A stretch of DNA of 63,938 bases, counting the filler, from Trichomonas gallinae (Eukaryota), in the NCBI GenBank assembly GCA_008369845.1. It is 7 parts of 7 records of this genome, joined end to end, with 100 filler letters (N's around TTAATTAATTAA, not from the genome) between each part and the next. Parts side by side here need not be neighbours in the genome. Positions count along the whole stretch, not along the records: positions 35,990 to 53,762 come from MRSU01001635.1; 6 more parts are not named here. One strand, given 5' to 3'. Shown here piece after piece: positions 42,146 to 53,862 of the stretch. The notes below the pieces were generated by a model. That model was not told the DNA's origin and searched no databases. It saw nothing but the letters and a program-made list of their open reading frames with translations. Position numbers and translations under genes: made by a program. The stretch's first letter is position 1. Each line of letters begins with the position of its first letter.

Positions 42146-43897
42146 TTATTTTTCAACATGTGGACAGATTTCCTGGATGAATCTCGTTCCATTGAGGATA
42201 TGCGTCGATCCAATGTGGAACTCTATGTTTCCTTGGTACAGAATCTTGCCCATATCTCTGAATAAAGCAACTTCTCCTGGCGTTACTCCTCCAATAATGA
42301 AAACCATAACCTTCTTGGCGTCATTGGACTTTGCCAAAGCTTTCAGCTTCGAGTTCCGTGAAGCTTCAAATGGAATTTTAAGGTCAGAGCAAATCTTTGG
42401 AATATCTTTATCGTTTTTGATCTCGTTTACATGCTGTACAATGCGTGCCATGAGTGGGATATATCCATCGAAGAATGATCCGAGGTCGTTTTCGTTGAAT
42501 TTTTCGACAATTGCTGGATCATTTCGATCTGAAGGCATAAGTTTGTATTCTGTCCAGTTTGTCTTCCACTGGTTGGTTTTCTTAAAGAATCCACCCTGCA
42601 TCTGAGTCAAAAGTCCCAAACGATCTAAGTTATCTAAATCTTCAAGAAAATCAGCACCGTAATGGCAAACCATCTGTTGGCGTATCTCGCTTGCGTATGT
42701 TTTAGGGAATCCTTGACGTACATATGATGCAAGTGAGAATAAACGAATGGCTTCGCAATAATTAATTTGATAATCAAGATATTTTTGTGCTAACAGTGGT
42801 TCAGGCTCTGATCCAATAAGTGTATCTGCTTCAAAAGAGACAATTTCTTTGAAATGCTCATTCTGGCCAACAATATTAACCAAATGATCCATAATTCCAA
42901 TGTGAAGCTCAAGAAGAGGCTTAATTTGTGCGAGATGATCTGCTTTGAGAGCTTGTTTCTTGAATGATGACATATCCATGCCTGGTTTCAGTCCTTCTTT
43001 TGTTTTTGAAATATCTGTGATTTTATCTTGGACAGTAATGGCTGCTTTTGGCAGAGCTTGTGTCCTTATCTCCTTAAACACTTCATCAGCGTCGCTTAAT
43101 GTGATTTCTCTCTGTTTGTATTGAATTGTATCTGGTAATTCATAAATTCCAGCAGATGAGTCTACTAATGCATCTAAGACAGCTCCATATGTGAACTCAG
43201 TGATGAGAGGTGTCAAAACATCAGCAATTCTATCAACAATGATTAATTTTGAATAAGTTGGCGGAACATTGAAGGCAGATGCACCGATTTTTGCTCTATT
43301 TTCCTGCATAAGATTTTGCACCCTTGGTGCTACAGATCCAACAGATAGAATCTGAGGAAAAATGCCCGCAAGCATCTCAACTTTCGTTAATGCTCTTGAA
43401 ATTGAAAATAGGGACTCGATTTCCTCTTCTAAGAATACTCTTCTGAAGCAGTTTATTGTTGGTACTAAGAAATGATAGGATTCCAGTGGAAGAAGATCGA
43501 AATAAAATTCTGTTATTGAAATAGTTGACTCCAAACCTGATTTCTCTACTAATTTCTCGCAGAGTATTCCATAACGCGGGAAAATGAATATGTTTCTTGA
43601 CGCATTTGGTGCAATTTTGTAAATTTTTAATGCTTTTCTCATGAATTCAGGCTCATTTGGAATTATGATAAGCAAGTTTAGTTGTTTATCTGTTTTTTCG
43701 ATAGTTGACATATCAATTACCTTTGAAAACTTTTCATTTAAATAATCGTGTGATAATAAACGAATAAAATAGTGAATGTAATAAGATGGCGTTGCAAGGA
43801 TTGGGTTTTCTGCAACATTTTTGAGCTTCATGTTTAATTCAGTTTTACAATGAGCACAAAATGTTATAAGAAAAGAATCATCCATTTTTTTGATCAT
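42146..43897 (-). CDS. VPS33: Sec1/Munc18-family protein, Vps33-like
   Basis: FDLLPLE, IIVDRIADVLTPLITEFTYGAVLD, FDGYIPLMARIV and VFIIGGVTPGEVALFR motifs. Confidence 0.85.
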   Translation of the reverse strand: MIKKMDDSFLITFCAHCKTELNMKLKNVAENPILATPSYYIHYFIRLLSHDYLNEKFSKVIDMSTIEKTDKQLNLLIIIPNEPEFMRKALKIYKIAPNASRNIFIFPRYGILCEKLVEKSGLESTISITEFYFDLLPLESYHFLVPTINCFRRVFLEEEIESLFSISRALTKVEMLAGIFPQILSVGSVAPRVQNLMQENRAKIGASAFNVPPTYSKLIIVDRIADVLTPLITEFTYGAVLDALVDSSAGIYELPDTIQYKQREITLSDADEVFKEIRTQALPKAAITVQDKITDISKTKEGLKPGMDMSSFKKQALKADHLAQIKPLLELHIGIMDHLVNIVGQNEHFKEIVSFEADTLIGSEPEPLLAQKYLDYQINYCEAIRLFSLASYVRQGFPKTYASEIRQQMVCHYGADFLEDLDNLDRLGLLTQMQGGFFKKTNQWKTNWTEYKLMPSDRNDPAIVEKFNENDLGSFFDGYIPLMARIVQHVNEIKNDKDIPKICSDLKIPFEASRNSKLKALAKSNDAKKVMVFIIGGVTPGEVALFRDMGKILYQGNIEFHIGSTHILNGTRFIQEICPHVEK

Positions 43898-44397
43898 TTC
43901 AGAATCTTAACACAGCGGATTATGACCATTCATATGACATAATTCTTGAATTTCAACGAAAAATTCATCATTGCTACGCAATATATCGTGATATTATTAA
44001 AAATACATATGATATCTGTTTGATGCAATAATTCATCTATTCTCTTTTAATATTGCTATTTTTCATATATATGATTTATTCATAATGATAATTTTTTATT
44101 GCAATTAATATATCAATGAATTTTAATAATGTTCACATTTGGATTAATAATATTAACAAGAATAATATCAATAAAACTTATCAAACTAATCATATTATCT
44201 TCTAGTCATTACATATTTTTAATTTTTCACTCATTTCAAAAATTTGATAGTTCATACTTTAATTACTTAGACATAATAACCATTATATAATGCTTTCCAT
44301 TGATATAATGACTTTTTTACAAGAGTGATTAAATAATAAAAATATTTATCAAAATATATAATATCTTTATTAAATAACAAATCTATACATGTTGTTT

Positions 44398-46056
44398 CTA
44401 AGCACAATAATAGTCATCGTCATCATAATCGTATTTATCAGCATCTTTTAGGAGATCAATTTCAATTTGCCCAAACTGATTATAAACACTAATTCCACTA
44501 AAATGGAGAGCCAACTCTTCTGTTCGTTGGTGAAATACTTCTGCAAATTTCAAAAATTCCTCATCATCAATAGTTTCAAGCAAATCAGCCATTTTTTCAT
44601 CAAAATAGCATGAACCAAGCACATCTACTGCAATGAGATGATAATTAAGGTAATCAAAAGTACCTATTCCATCATTAAATCTTGTTAATGTCTTTTGACC
44701 AGGATTAAGCTTAAGCCCGGCCATTGTCACTTTGTAAAGAATTGACACACAAGTTTGAGCCAGTGGAATGATGTCAGAGTCAACAAATTCAACAATAACT
44801 TTTATCATTTCATATGTTATTATTACTTGTATGTCTTGTGGATAGTCTTCGTAATAAGCCAAAACCATATCTAAAAGTTTGATAAATTCGTATTTTGTTG
44901 GAAAATCTGCTTCAAGAAAATTATCTTGTATGAATGTGTACAATTCAGGAAATACATTAAAATTATCAGGAAAATACTTAATAAACTTTCTTGCCATTCT
45001 TATATATGGAATTTTTGGAAATGTATTGAGATTGTTGATTCTGTGATATAATTCAGGTATTGGATTATAATGAGCAACGACAATACTTGCTTCTTCTTGC
45101 TGGCTTTTCATTAATTTAGTCATAATTGAAATCATATTCGTAATTATGCTGTCTGTGTAGTGCATATTGATAATTAACTCCATCCTATGAAATAAGCTCG
45201 TTGGTCTAATATTTCTTTCAAACGTAACTACTTTAACTTCTTTGATTTTCATTTTTTCTCCTGATTCTTCTTCTTGTTCTTCTTCTGGCTCCGGTTCAGG
45301 CTGTGGAGGTTCTTCTTCATGGCAAAAAACGAATATAAAATCAGCACTCTTCTCCATGAATAAATCAATTAAACTTAAAGCGTTATTATTTCCAACAGTT
45401 GCTGTCTCTATAAATATATTAGTCATTTGCACATAAAAATCTAAAGGCATAGAGTATGTTTCAAGCATATTACTAATAATTGATAATATTATATTTTTTA
45501 ATATTGTGTTACAATTACCAGTAACATACTGCTCACTCAGAAAATTAAGAAATGCCTCATAATCATCTTGAAAAATACAAGAAACCTGTGGTTTATCAAT
45601 TAATGCATTATCAATGAAAGTCAATATTTCTGTAAATAACCACATATCTATTTGTTCTTCATTTGACATCTCCATTAGATGCGTTTTTAAAAACATAATA
45701 AAATCAAATTCAACAATTTCATTTTTTTGAATATAATATTGTATATTAATCATATGTCCGAATAGCGGTATCCATTCGAGATTTAATTCAAAGAATTGTA
45801 GTATTAAATCTTGTAAACGCTTAATTATATAAGAATGTTGTCGACTTATTTCTGTTACTTTTTTAGATTTAAGTAAATTAATGCATTCTGCTACTGTTTT
45901 TAAGATATGTGGAATATTTTCAATGTTTTCCATTGGATTTATCAAATTAACAAGTTCTTCAATCTTAAATAGTATTTTTTCATGATTTTCAGGCTTATTC
46001 GCTGGAATTTCATCAATGCTTTGCTGTGAAACATCTTCTTCTTCTTTCACAAACAT
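44398..46056 (-). CDS. Hypothetical acidic ARM-like helical protein
   Basis: First ATG at 46056, just after an Inr-like GTCACTTTT (46070-46078, minus). Confidence 0.75.
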   Translation of the reverse strand: MFVKEEEDVSQQSIDEIPANKPENHEKILFKIEELVNLINPMENIENIPHILKTVAECINLLKSKKVTEISRQHSYIIKRLQDLILQFFELNLEWIPLFGHMINIQYYIQKNEIVEFDFIMFLKTHLMEMSNEEQIDMWLFTEILTFIDNALIDKPQVSCIFQDDYEAFLNFLSEQYVTGNCNTILKNIILSIISNMLETYSMPLDFYVQMTNIFIETATVGNNNALSLIDLFMEKSADFIFVFCHEEEPPQPEPEPEEEQEEESGEKMKIKEVKVVTFERNIRPTSLFHRMELIINMHYTDSIITNMISIMTKLMKSQQEEASIVVAHYNPIPELYHRINNLNTFPKIPYIRMARKFIKYFPDNFNVFPELYTFIQDNFLEADFPTKYEFIKLLDMVLAYYEDYPQDIQVIITYEMIKVIVEFVDSDIIPLAQTCVSILYKVTMAGLKLNPGQKTLTRFNDGIGTFDYLNYHLIAVDVLGSCYFDEKMADLLETIDDEEFLKFAEVFHQRTEELALHFSGISVYNQFGQIEIDLLKDADKYDYDDDDYYCA

Positions 46057-46367
46057 TGAAGATTTTGTAAAAAGTGACAGAGCATTTGCAATTTCTTGCC
46101 ATGTAATACAGGTTTTACACGTCAAAAAATCGATTTTCAAAATTTACATGACATAATTTTTTTCATCACTTATACACTAACAAAACATTTCACGATATAA
46201 TGATAAATATCTGCATTATAAAGAGAAACCACATGAATTATGATACTACTAAAGCTCTACTATAATGATGATTTAGTGAAATCAATCTTGTTATATATCC
46301 ATTAATGAGAAATGAAAAATCTTTTTGTATTTTAACGAACAATATAATTTTTTACATTTTCAGTTGT

Positions 46368-47147
46368 ATGACTAAAACATACAATATTGGAAAGTTTTTT
46401 CAGTCAGAAATACATCAGCAACCGACTCTAGAAGACATATTTCCTAGTAATACGGAATCTGATCAAAAATCAACAAATAACAAATCAGATGAAAATCCAA
46501 ATCCTTCAAAACCAAATAACAATAAAACAGAAACAACTACTAAGCGACAAGCAATGATTTCAAATAAGATAGGAATTCTAAAAACACAAAATAATAATGA
46601 ACAATTGCCTTTCTCACTCGAAAAACCAAAAATACAATCATCAACCGATATTAATGTTTACAAACAGTGCAAATCTGATGAAAATAAGAAAAATACAATA
46701 TATAACGAAAAATCTAATCAAAAAAGTTCAATAACACCTGTCAAAACTAAGAAAGAAGCACATGGAAATTCTACTTCACAAAGAAAATCGATAATTACAG
46801 AAGAAATTCAAAATCAAGATGATTTTGATTCAGATTCAGGTGATATGTTTAACCCAAAGAAAGTATGTAGAACTTATGAGTTTCCTACAGGCAAATCTAA
46901 TCAACTTTCGTCAAGATCAAGTCTAGATAAACTAGAAGAAGAAGACTTTGACGAAACATCTTCATTTCATAGCCTAAAAACCGGCATGCTTTGCAAATCC
47001 GAAAATGCAAATACTGAGGATAATGATTATGATTTAGAATACGACGACAATTTTTATCAAGAAGATTTTGATAATGATGAATCTCCAAAACCTGTCGTGA
47101 AACTGATTCTTCCGGATGAAATCCACTCATCTAGTGAAGAAATTTAA
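46368..47147 (+). CDS. Hypothetical low-complexity (N/K/S/D-rich) protein
   Basis: Open frame of 259-280 aa; start at 46368 or 46305. Confidence 0.6.
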   Translation: MTKTYNIGKFFQSEIHQQPTLEDIFPSNTESDQKSTNNKSDENPNPSKPNNNKTETTTKRQAMISNKIGILKTQNNNEQLPFSLEKPKIQSSTDINVYKQCKSDENKKNTIYNEKSNQKSSITPVKTKKEAHGNSTSQRKSIITEEIQNQDDFDSDSGDMFNPKKVCRTYEFPTGKSNQLSSRSSLDKLEEEDFDETSSFHSLKTGMLCKSENANTEDNDYDLEYDDNFYQEDFDNDESPKPVVKLILPDEIHSSSEEI

Positions 47148-47355
47148 TATTTACTACATTGTTGTTTGTCAATAGAAAATTGTTTGTTATAGAGTCATAA
47201 AGAATACATATATTAATATAATTTTGATCCATTAATGATTATTATATTTTTCATATTTAATTTTTAACTGAAATTGGTGTCTTTTATATAATAAATGAGT
47301 TTTGATGAATGATTAAAGGCTATTTGTAAATAATAAACTTTATATTTTTATATGA

Positions 47356-48543
47356 ATGTTTTTTATTTTGATCATTCTTGCAAGACAATCATATAATTTA
47401 TCATATTATGATATAGGTGTTGCTGTTTGGTCAGGATATGAATGCATATATGATAGAATGGTTGCTGCTTGCAATACTTGGATCAAATCTTTCCCAGAAG
47501 TCACGGTTTATTCAGATTTTTTCCCGAAAGGATCTAAAGAAATGCTTCAAGATATTGCATCACCTACTAAATTGGTATTTTACGAACTAGGCGATTGCAG
47601 ACAACACATTCTCGTTACGCCTTGGCAACGCGCGCAACCTAGATTTGTAAAAGCGATGGAGCACTTCTATAGAACCAATACAAGTAAGAAATTTTACTTT
47701 TTCTGCGATGATGACTCATTTCCTATCGCAAGAAATTTAATGTATCTATTAAAAGAGTACAATCCTGAGGATAGCAAAGTTATAGGCAAATTGTATTGTT
47801 CCTGGAATGAAGTCATCTTCGGAACAACTCAATCTACTGATGAAATCTGTGTTCACTTCGCACAAGGCGGTGCAGGCGTTGTAGTCACGGCAACATACTT
47901 TGCACGGATAGTGGACAGCATGTCAGAGTGCAACGAGAAGTTTAATAAAAGGAAATATGCTGGTTCGATGAGATTCGCAAAATGCTCTTGGGATAAGTTC
48001 GGCGACGAATGGAATATTGGAAGGATCCTCGATAAAGGAGACTACAGGTTTTATTCCTCAAGCCCATTCGTTGAAATGGAAAATGGAGAATCTTTATCTC
48101 CTTATGCAGTTAACTTCCACAAGATGTATCCGTGGGAGCTCTATGAGGTGAGTTGGGCGACAAGATCCTTGTTTAAATTGCCTTCGTCGAATCAGTCGAG
48201 ATTTACTGATTGGACCCAACTTTTCAGCAAATCGTATAAATTCACGCTGAATTCAAAGAAACACCAGCTGCATTTGAAGTTTGGCTTAGTTATATCTCTA
48301 AATGACCAACCGAAATCATGGCTTTCGAAAGTTACTTCACAACTTGATCCTGTTTTCGACAAAAACCAAACAGATACAGTTACAGGTTATAGACAGAAAT
48401 ATGGGAACGGATTTACTCTTGAAATACACTGCGATGAAAATCAATCAGCTGCAGATCTAGTTTTTGATTACGCAGAGTTCAAGGAGAACATCCATGTCCA
48501 TGTTCTAGCAAAGTGTCCTCCTGTAGAAGAGTATGTTTGGTAG
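47356..48543 (+). CDS. GT31 Fringe/C1GALT1-like glycosyltransferase
   Basis: Short hydrophobic N-terminus; NTW, FYFFCDDDSF, FAQGGAGVVV and VNFHKM motifs. Confidence 0.85.
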   Translation: MFFILIILARQSYNLSYYDIGVAVWSGYECIYDRMVAACNTWIKSFPEVTVYSDFFPKGSKEMLQDIASPTKLVFYELGDCRQHILVTPWQRAQPRFVKAMEHFYRTNTSKKFYFFCDDDSFPIARNLMYLLKEYNPEDSKVIGKLYCSWNEVIFGTTQSTDEICVHFAQGGAGVVVTATYFARIVDSMSECNEKFNKRKYAGSMRFAKCSWDKFGDEWNIGRILDKGDYRFYSSSPFVEMENGESLSPYAVNFHKMYPWELYEVSWATRSLFKLPSSNQSRFTDWTQLFSKSYKFTLNSKKHQLHLKFGLVISLNDQPKSWLSKVTSQLDPVFDKNQTDTVTGYRQKYGNGFTLEIHCDENQSAADLVFDYAEFKENIHVHVLAKCPPVEEYVW

Positions 48544-49156
48544 AAATTCACTGATATATTTTGATAATCAGAATTGTATAATATTTTAGTTTGTTTATAA
48601 ATTATATACATCTCATGAATGAAACGCTTATCAAGAAAAACTTGAAACCCAAAATAATTTTCTTGATATTTCGAAATCAAGTTTTTGATAGAATTTGATA
48701 CAAATGATCAAACAAAATAATTGCATAGTGATCAATTTTAGTATTCAAATCATCAACAAACTTGAAATGAATAAATTTAGAAATGTTCTATTGATACATG
48801 ATGAGAAGGAAACATCAAACTTAAGAAATATCTATTTTACAACTTTATTATATCTTAGATAATGTTAAACACATATGTTGTCGTTATAAATAATGAAGAT
48901 AGAAATGTTATAATTTATATATTCCTATTCAAGGAATTTACCGCATAAATATGTTTTATCTATAACAATATAATATAAAAAATCTATAAAACAGCTTAAT
49001 TTTTCATGATATAATTTTCTTCAATTTGAAAAACTTCAGTATTTCCTAAATTATTTTAAAATATAATCATAAAATCAAATGAAATAGAGAAATATAAAGT
49101 GCAAAATACATGAATTCGGAGAAAATTTTGAGATTTTAAATTTTAAACGTACATTG

Positions 49157-51400
49157 ATGTCGAATTCGGGTCAAGATCCTTCGAATGGAGCTTCTCAAGT
49201 ATCACGACGGAATACGACTTCCCAGGAGCTCAACGTTGGCCTGTCCAAACAGTTTTTAAATCCAGCAGAAAATATTACCGCAGTTGAAATTACAAATGAA
49301 AAGCAAGCCACAAAGGAAATAAAGAATATTATAGCGAAATTCAAAGAAAATATGCATTGGTCAGATCAATTCCAACTCGTTCAGCAGCTTATGGCCATTG
49401 TTAAAGGTGGAGCTGCGAAATATCAAGGTTTTGCTGACGAAATATCAGGTTTACTAACAATGTTAACATTCTGTGTAAACAATCTACGCAGTACTCTTGT
49501 AAAACATGGCTGTTTATGCATAGCTTGTCTCGCACAATCATTAAAAGAAAAATTCGATCCTTTAACAGAGCCATTGATATCAGCATTAATCGTACCTACG
49601 ATGCATGGAACAAGTGTAATTGCCAAATCATGCAGATTTTCAATACGCGAGATTATTAATAATGTATTCACAAAAAGAACATTATTATGCATACTTAGCT
49701 TTTCAAATTCAAAAAGTAGTGAGCATAGAAACATCGTTGCTGACTCATTGAAGGATGTAGCGTTTTCTTGGCCAAGAAATCTTATTAATTCGAATATAAA
49801 GCAAATAGAACAAGCCACTAAAGCACTGACAAATGATGCAACAAAAGACACACGTGCAATTGCTAAATCAGCACTTGAGATATTCGAAAACAATGGCTAT
49901 ATAGCGTCAACAGAAAATAAATCTTCGCGAAAATTCCAGGAAGATAAAACCGAGATTATTCAGTTTGTGAAGCTAGAGCCACCGATCAGACCAAAGTATT
50001 CCTCACCTCAAAAAAACATAAAGCATACATCATCAGAAGAAATAACGCAAATCAACATTTCTTCGATCGATTTATCAAAGAAATCATTGAGCAAATCAAA
50101 AGTGAAGTTAATTACTGAAGAAAATCCAACTGAATTAGTTAAAATCAGCAAAATAACAAACGATCCAACAGCAATAAAAGACAATGCACATATTATTGTT
50201 GATACACTCATGAAATACATTAAATCGAAAGAAATAGATGAATTGACAACATCGTTTAATTTGCTTGACAAAGTTATTGGTATAATTTTCCAGAGCTTCG
50301 AAGGACAGCTGAAAGAGCTCGTTGAAGAGATAGTTGACAAGTCAGAGCATACCAGTTTCCAGATAAGCAAAGTTGCTTCGAATTTATTAAACTCAATTCC
50401 ATCAATTTTCAACTGCGCGGATTTGTTAAAGATTTCATTTGATTTGCAGCCTTCAAGAGCTTTAATTTCCTTTGTTTCTGCTACGATAAGAAAGGATCCA
50501 TCATTAATAGAAGATGATGAAATCGCAGAAATGATCCTCAAGCTTTGCTGCAAAGTTAATGAAAAAATTAATGAAACAAGAACAAATGCAACAATTTCGA
50601 CAATTGTTAATGAAATACAATCAAAGAACACAGATGTTTTCGTGACATTCTTGAATACAGCAGACAAGCGTTACATTGAGATACTTAACAGCCTCAAGTT
50701 AGTGCCATCAACTCCAATTAAAACAACACCAAAGAAGACAAAAATCATTCAAAAAAGTTCTGTTCAATTCAAAGAAATTCCACAGCAAAAAACAGAAAAA
50801 ATCTCATCATCAAGTTATGCTCCAGCTCCACTGCGCTCATCATTCAAAACAGCCACAACTTCTCAGCCTAAAGTCGAGCATAAAACGACAATTTTGAGTC
50901 CCACAAGAATTATAGAAAACTATTTCGAAAAATTGATGAAAACTGATGATAAACAACAAACATTGATAGAACTGGCAAACTCATACGCAACCAACAAAGT
51001 TTATTCACTTGATCATTTAAGGATTTTCTCCAAATTGATAAGGACAGAGTTTCAAGCGGAAGTTCATTCATGCTTGGAGAATCTAATTTCTTTCGCTGAC
51101 ACTTATACTTTGATGAGCGACTGCTTGGGAATATTTTTCATGTCTCCAAATACAGAGACAATTGATACATTAGGGTTCATTTTACAGAAGACATCGAAAA
51201 CAATAACAAACGAGAAAGCGCAGCTAATTTTCTCTCAGTTGTCTGAGTGCTTGAATTCCGAAGATCCTGAGATGAGATTGGCGACTGTTAAATGCATCGC
51301 TGCAACAATTAAGAATGTTGGCTATGATGTCAACCAGTCACTCACTAGTTTTACACCAGTACAGACCAAATTGGTCCAATACTACTATAATAAGCTTTGA
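49157..51400 (+). CDS. CLASP-like TOG/HEAT microtubule-associated protein
   Basis: WSDQFQLVQQL, NLRSTLVKHGCLCIACL and LTNDATKDTRAIAK (CLASP N-terminal TOG); C-terminal HEAT EDPEMRLATVKCI. Confidence 0.8.
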   Translation: MSNSGQDPSNGASQVSRRNTTSQELNVGLSKQFLNPAENITAVEITNEKQATKEIKNIIAKFKENMHWSDQFQLVQQLMAIVKGGAAKYQGFADEISGLLTMLTFCVNNLRSTLVKHGCLCIACLAQSLKEKFDPLTEPLISALIVPTMHGTSVIAKSCRFSIREIINNVFTKRTLLCILSFSNSKSSEHRNIVADSLKDVAFSWPRNLINSNIKQIEQATKALTNDATKDTRAIAKSALEIFENNGYIASTENKSSRKFQEDKTEIIQFVKLEPPIRPKYSSPQKNIKHTSSEEITQINISSIDLSKKSLSKSKVKLITEENPTELVKISKITNDPTAIKDNAHIIVDTLMKYIKSKEIDELTTSFNLLDKVIGIIFQSFEGQLKELVEEIVDKSEHTSFQISKVASNLLNSIPSIFNCADLLKISFDLQPSRALISFVSATIRKDPSLIEDDEIAEMILKLCCKVNEKINETRTNATISTIVNEIQSKNTDVFVTFLNTADKRYIEILNSLKLVPSTPIKTTPKKTKIIQKSSVQFKEIPQQKTEKISSSSYAPAPLRSSFKTATTSQPKVEHKTTILSPTRIIENYFEKLMKTDDKQQTLIELANSYATNKVYSLDHLRIFSKLIRTEFQAEVHSCLENLISFADTYTLMSDCLGIFFMSPNTETIDTLGFILQKTSKTITNEKAQLIFSQLSECLNSEDPEMRLATVKCIAATIKNVGYDVNQSLTSFTPVQTKLVQYYYNKL

Positions 51401-51702
51401 AATTCTTTTTGTTTATTTTCTATTGTTAGTAAATGATTAATCATGTCAAATATTGTCTACAATAGACTGTATTGATATCAAAATATTGGTTTTGCTTTAA
51501 TATATATATATTTGTAAAATAATAAACAATGAAAATACAATCAATAAGTTACAAAAACATTTAATTTGTTCAATAAATCAGAAAAATTGGAAAATTAAAT
51601 AGAGTTTCCATTAATCATTTTGATGAATATTATTTTATTTATATGTAGTTCAATGCTTATAAGATATAAAGAAAACTATGATAGTTTTAATGAATAAACA
51701 GT

Positions 51703-52563
51703 TTATTGACGCTGATATAAAAACATTTTTGGCCAAAAGCTGCTTCCAAGAGGAGAAATGTCCTGTGGGAAGTCTGGTTTTAGGGTGACTGTTGAATCAT
51801 CATAAAAATACCATTTTTTCGTTGGCTGATCTAAAATCAATGCAGTTGCGTGGCTTCCATCATTTCCATGATAAAGAATCATCGAAACTAATTTATAATG
51901 AACCTTTGTTACTGTCTTAGATTCATCGTTGTTCTTGAGTTTAAGCTCCATTGGCTCTGGTAAATCGATTTCAGATAAAATTTTCATATAATTATCATTT
52001 CTGTTATTACATTCTAAAAATAGGAGCTTTGGTAGAAATAGTAAGTCTACAATTGACTTAATAAAAGAAGTTCTGATATCTTCTCCATCTTCAATGTAAC
52101 AATGCGACGAATATCTAATACTGTTCTTGCCTGATGATGTTGAGTAGTAAACTTGTTCAAAATCTTTAAAAGGAGTGTCTAAAGTAAGCAATCCAGAATT
52201 TTTGGATCCCTTCAATGTGTTAAACAGCTGAACAAGCGATATAAATAATGAAGATGATTCCTTACCAGTCTCAGCTTGTGAAAATAGCTTATTATTTCCA
52301 TATCTGAGTGAATAAATTAATTCTTTGTTCGAAATAATTGCATCTGGCGTTGCAATTTGATCGAAATACTTTTTAAGTAATCGTAAATTATCGATGTATT
52401 CGTTAAATTCGGAATCTTCGCTGTATTCAGGCTCTGGAAATTCTTTAACTGCGATTCTAACTTCTTTTTGTCTGAAAATTACTTGAGACATAGCTGCAAA
52501 CCAGCACCCTTTTCCAATTTCGTTTGGAATTCCTTTCGGAGATGGATTTTGATAGTTTGTCAA
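51703..52563 (-). CDS. Minimal ubiquitin-specific protease (C19) domain; no ATG upstream of the catalytic Cys (possible pseudogene)
   Basis: Cys box GIPNEIGKGCWFAAMSQ; His box YKLVSMILYHGNDGSHATA...WYFYDDSTV. The ORF opens at TTG; an in-frame ATG at 52629 is cut off by TAG at 52612-52614. Confidence 0.75.
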   Translation of the reverse strand: MTNYQNPSPKGIPNEIGKGCWFAAMSQVIFRQKEVRIAVKEFPEPEYSEDSEFNEYIDNLRLLKKYFDQIATPDAIISNKELIYSLRYGNNKLFSQAETGKESSSLFISLVQLFNTLKGSKNSGLLTLDTPFKDFEQVYYSTSSGKNSIRYSSHCYIEDGEDIRTSFIKSIVDLLFLPKLLFLECNNRNDNYMKILSEIDLPEPMELKLKNNDESKTVTKVHYKLVSMILYHGNDGSHATALILDQPTKKWYFYDDSTVTLKPDFPQDISPLGSSFWPKMFLYQRQ

Positions 52564-53686
52564 AATAAATTGAAAATATTTAGGGGTAGAAAAGATAAAA
52601 CAGGGTATTTTCTAATTCCTATGTAACATTCCCTTTTATCAGTTGATTTGATTTGCGAAATGAATAGTAATCAATGATGCATCGATATACTTAGGAATTT
52701 AGACATAAAATAGTCTTTTTATAATAGATCCATCATATACCATTTTTCTAGGATGCACCCTGATGAAATCTGGGTTTTCGGGGATCTATTCAATTTAGAG
52801 GGGTGCAAAGTGGCATAACCCAATTTTTAATAAAAATGCTGTTCCTTTGAATATAATATTAGAATTGTCAAACTTGTTATTTTAAGCAGTTTCAATAACA
52901 ATTTTTCCAATTTTAAAATTTAGCAAAATTGAAAAATAGACATTTATTTAATTTGTGTTATTGGAAATACATGGAAACAATGATTGTATTTCGATGCATA
53001 TAGTTAAAAATCTCAAAATTGCATTTTTCAATGTTTAAAAAAATTCCTTAATCATGATATGATCGAGATACGGTTCTGTAAACACTAGCATGATAATACG
53101 TCTAATGATAGCTATTGTGTTCATCTGCGCTTGGCCTGCCATTCATATACTAAAAGGATTAATTCCCTATTTAATAAACTATACACCATATCTCAAAATA
53201 AATCTCACAATAAGATTCTACTTATATATTTATATCTATTTCCATTTATAAATACCGCAAATTGATGATTCTTTTTTTACAGTTTGCAATTACGTAAGCA
53301 TTTAATTGCCAACATCACAACCAGGGCATTTAGACCTAATAGCTGCATACCTTATCATGACGGGAAGAAATATGTTAAATTTTAACGGGTTGTCATAATT
53401 TTCTATGGGGTGTCACCTTAATCGTTTTACCCTCAAATTTCCCAAAACATAATTTAACCAGCTTATGTAGTAAAACAATATTTATTAGTGCAAAAATGGA
53501 TACAGACGATAGAAGAAGTTTGGTCGGAGCGTATTTCTATAGTTTGATAAACATTCGATATTTAGTTAAGTTTTCATCTAAAAATGGATAATACTAGGTT
53601 AGATATATACGAAAACAAGAAAAACGAAAAAATGAGAAAAAACTCATCGTTTCATCGTCTTTTATTCAAATTTTTTTTTTACTTCA

Positions 53687-53762
53687 ATGTCTCTTGGATT
53701 TAACTGGGATCCACGTGGTAATGGTACATTTGATGCTGATGGACGCATCCAGCCATTGAACT
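53687..53762 (+). CDS. 5' fragment of a gene truncated by the gap
   Basis: ATG after a T-rich leader; MSLGFNWDPRGNGTFDADGRIQPLN is open into the gap; abrupt rise in GC. Confidence 0.5.
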
Positions 53763-53862
53763 NNNNNNNNNNNNNNNNNNNNNNNNNNNNNNNNNNNNNN
53801 NNNNNNTTAATTAATTAANNNNNNNNNNNNNNNNNNNNNNNNNNNNNNNNNNNNNNNNNNNN
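53763..53862. other. Artificial scaffold spacer
   Basis: N-run + TTAATTAATTAA + N-run. Confidence 0.98.

Noticed and set aside
11463..43897. CCZ1, Rab and Vps33 as an endolysosomal gene cluster
   Set aside because: They are separated by many unrelated genes and a gap; trafficking families are expanded in trichomonads, so chance is sufficient.
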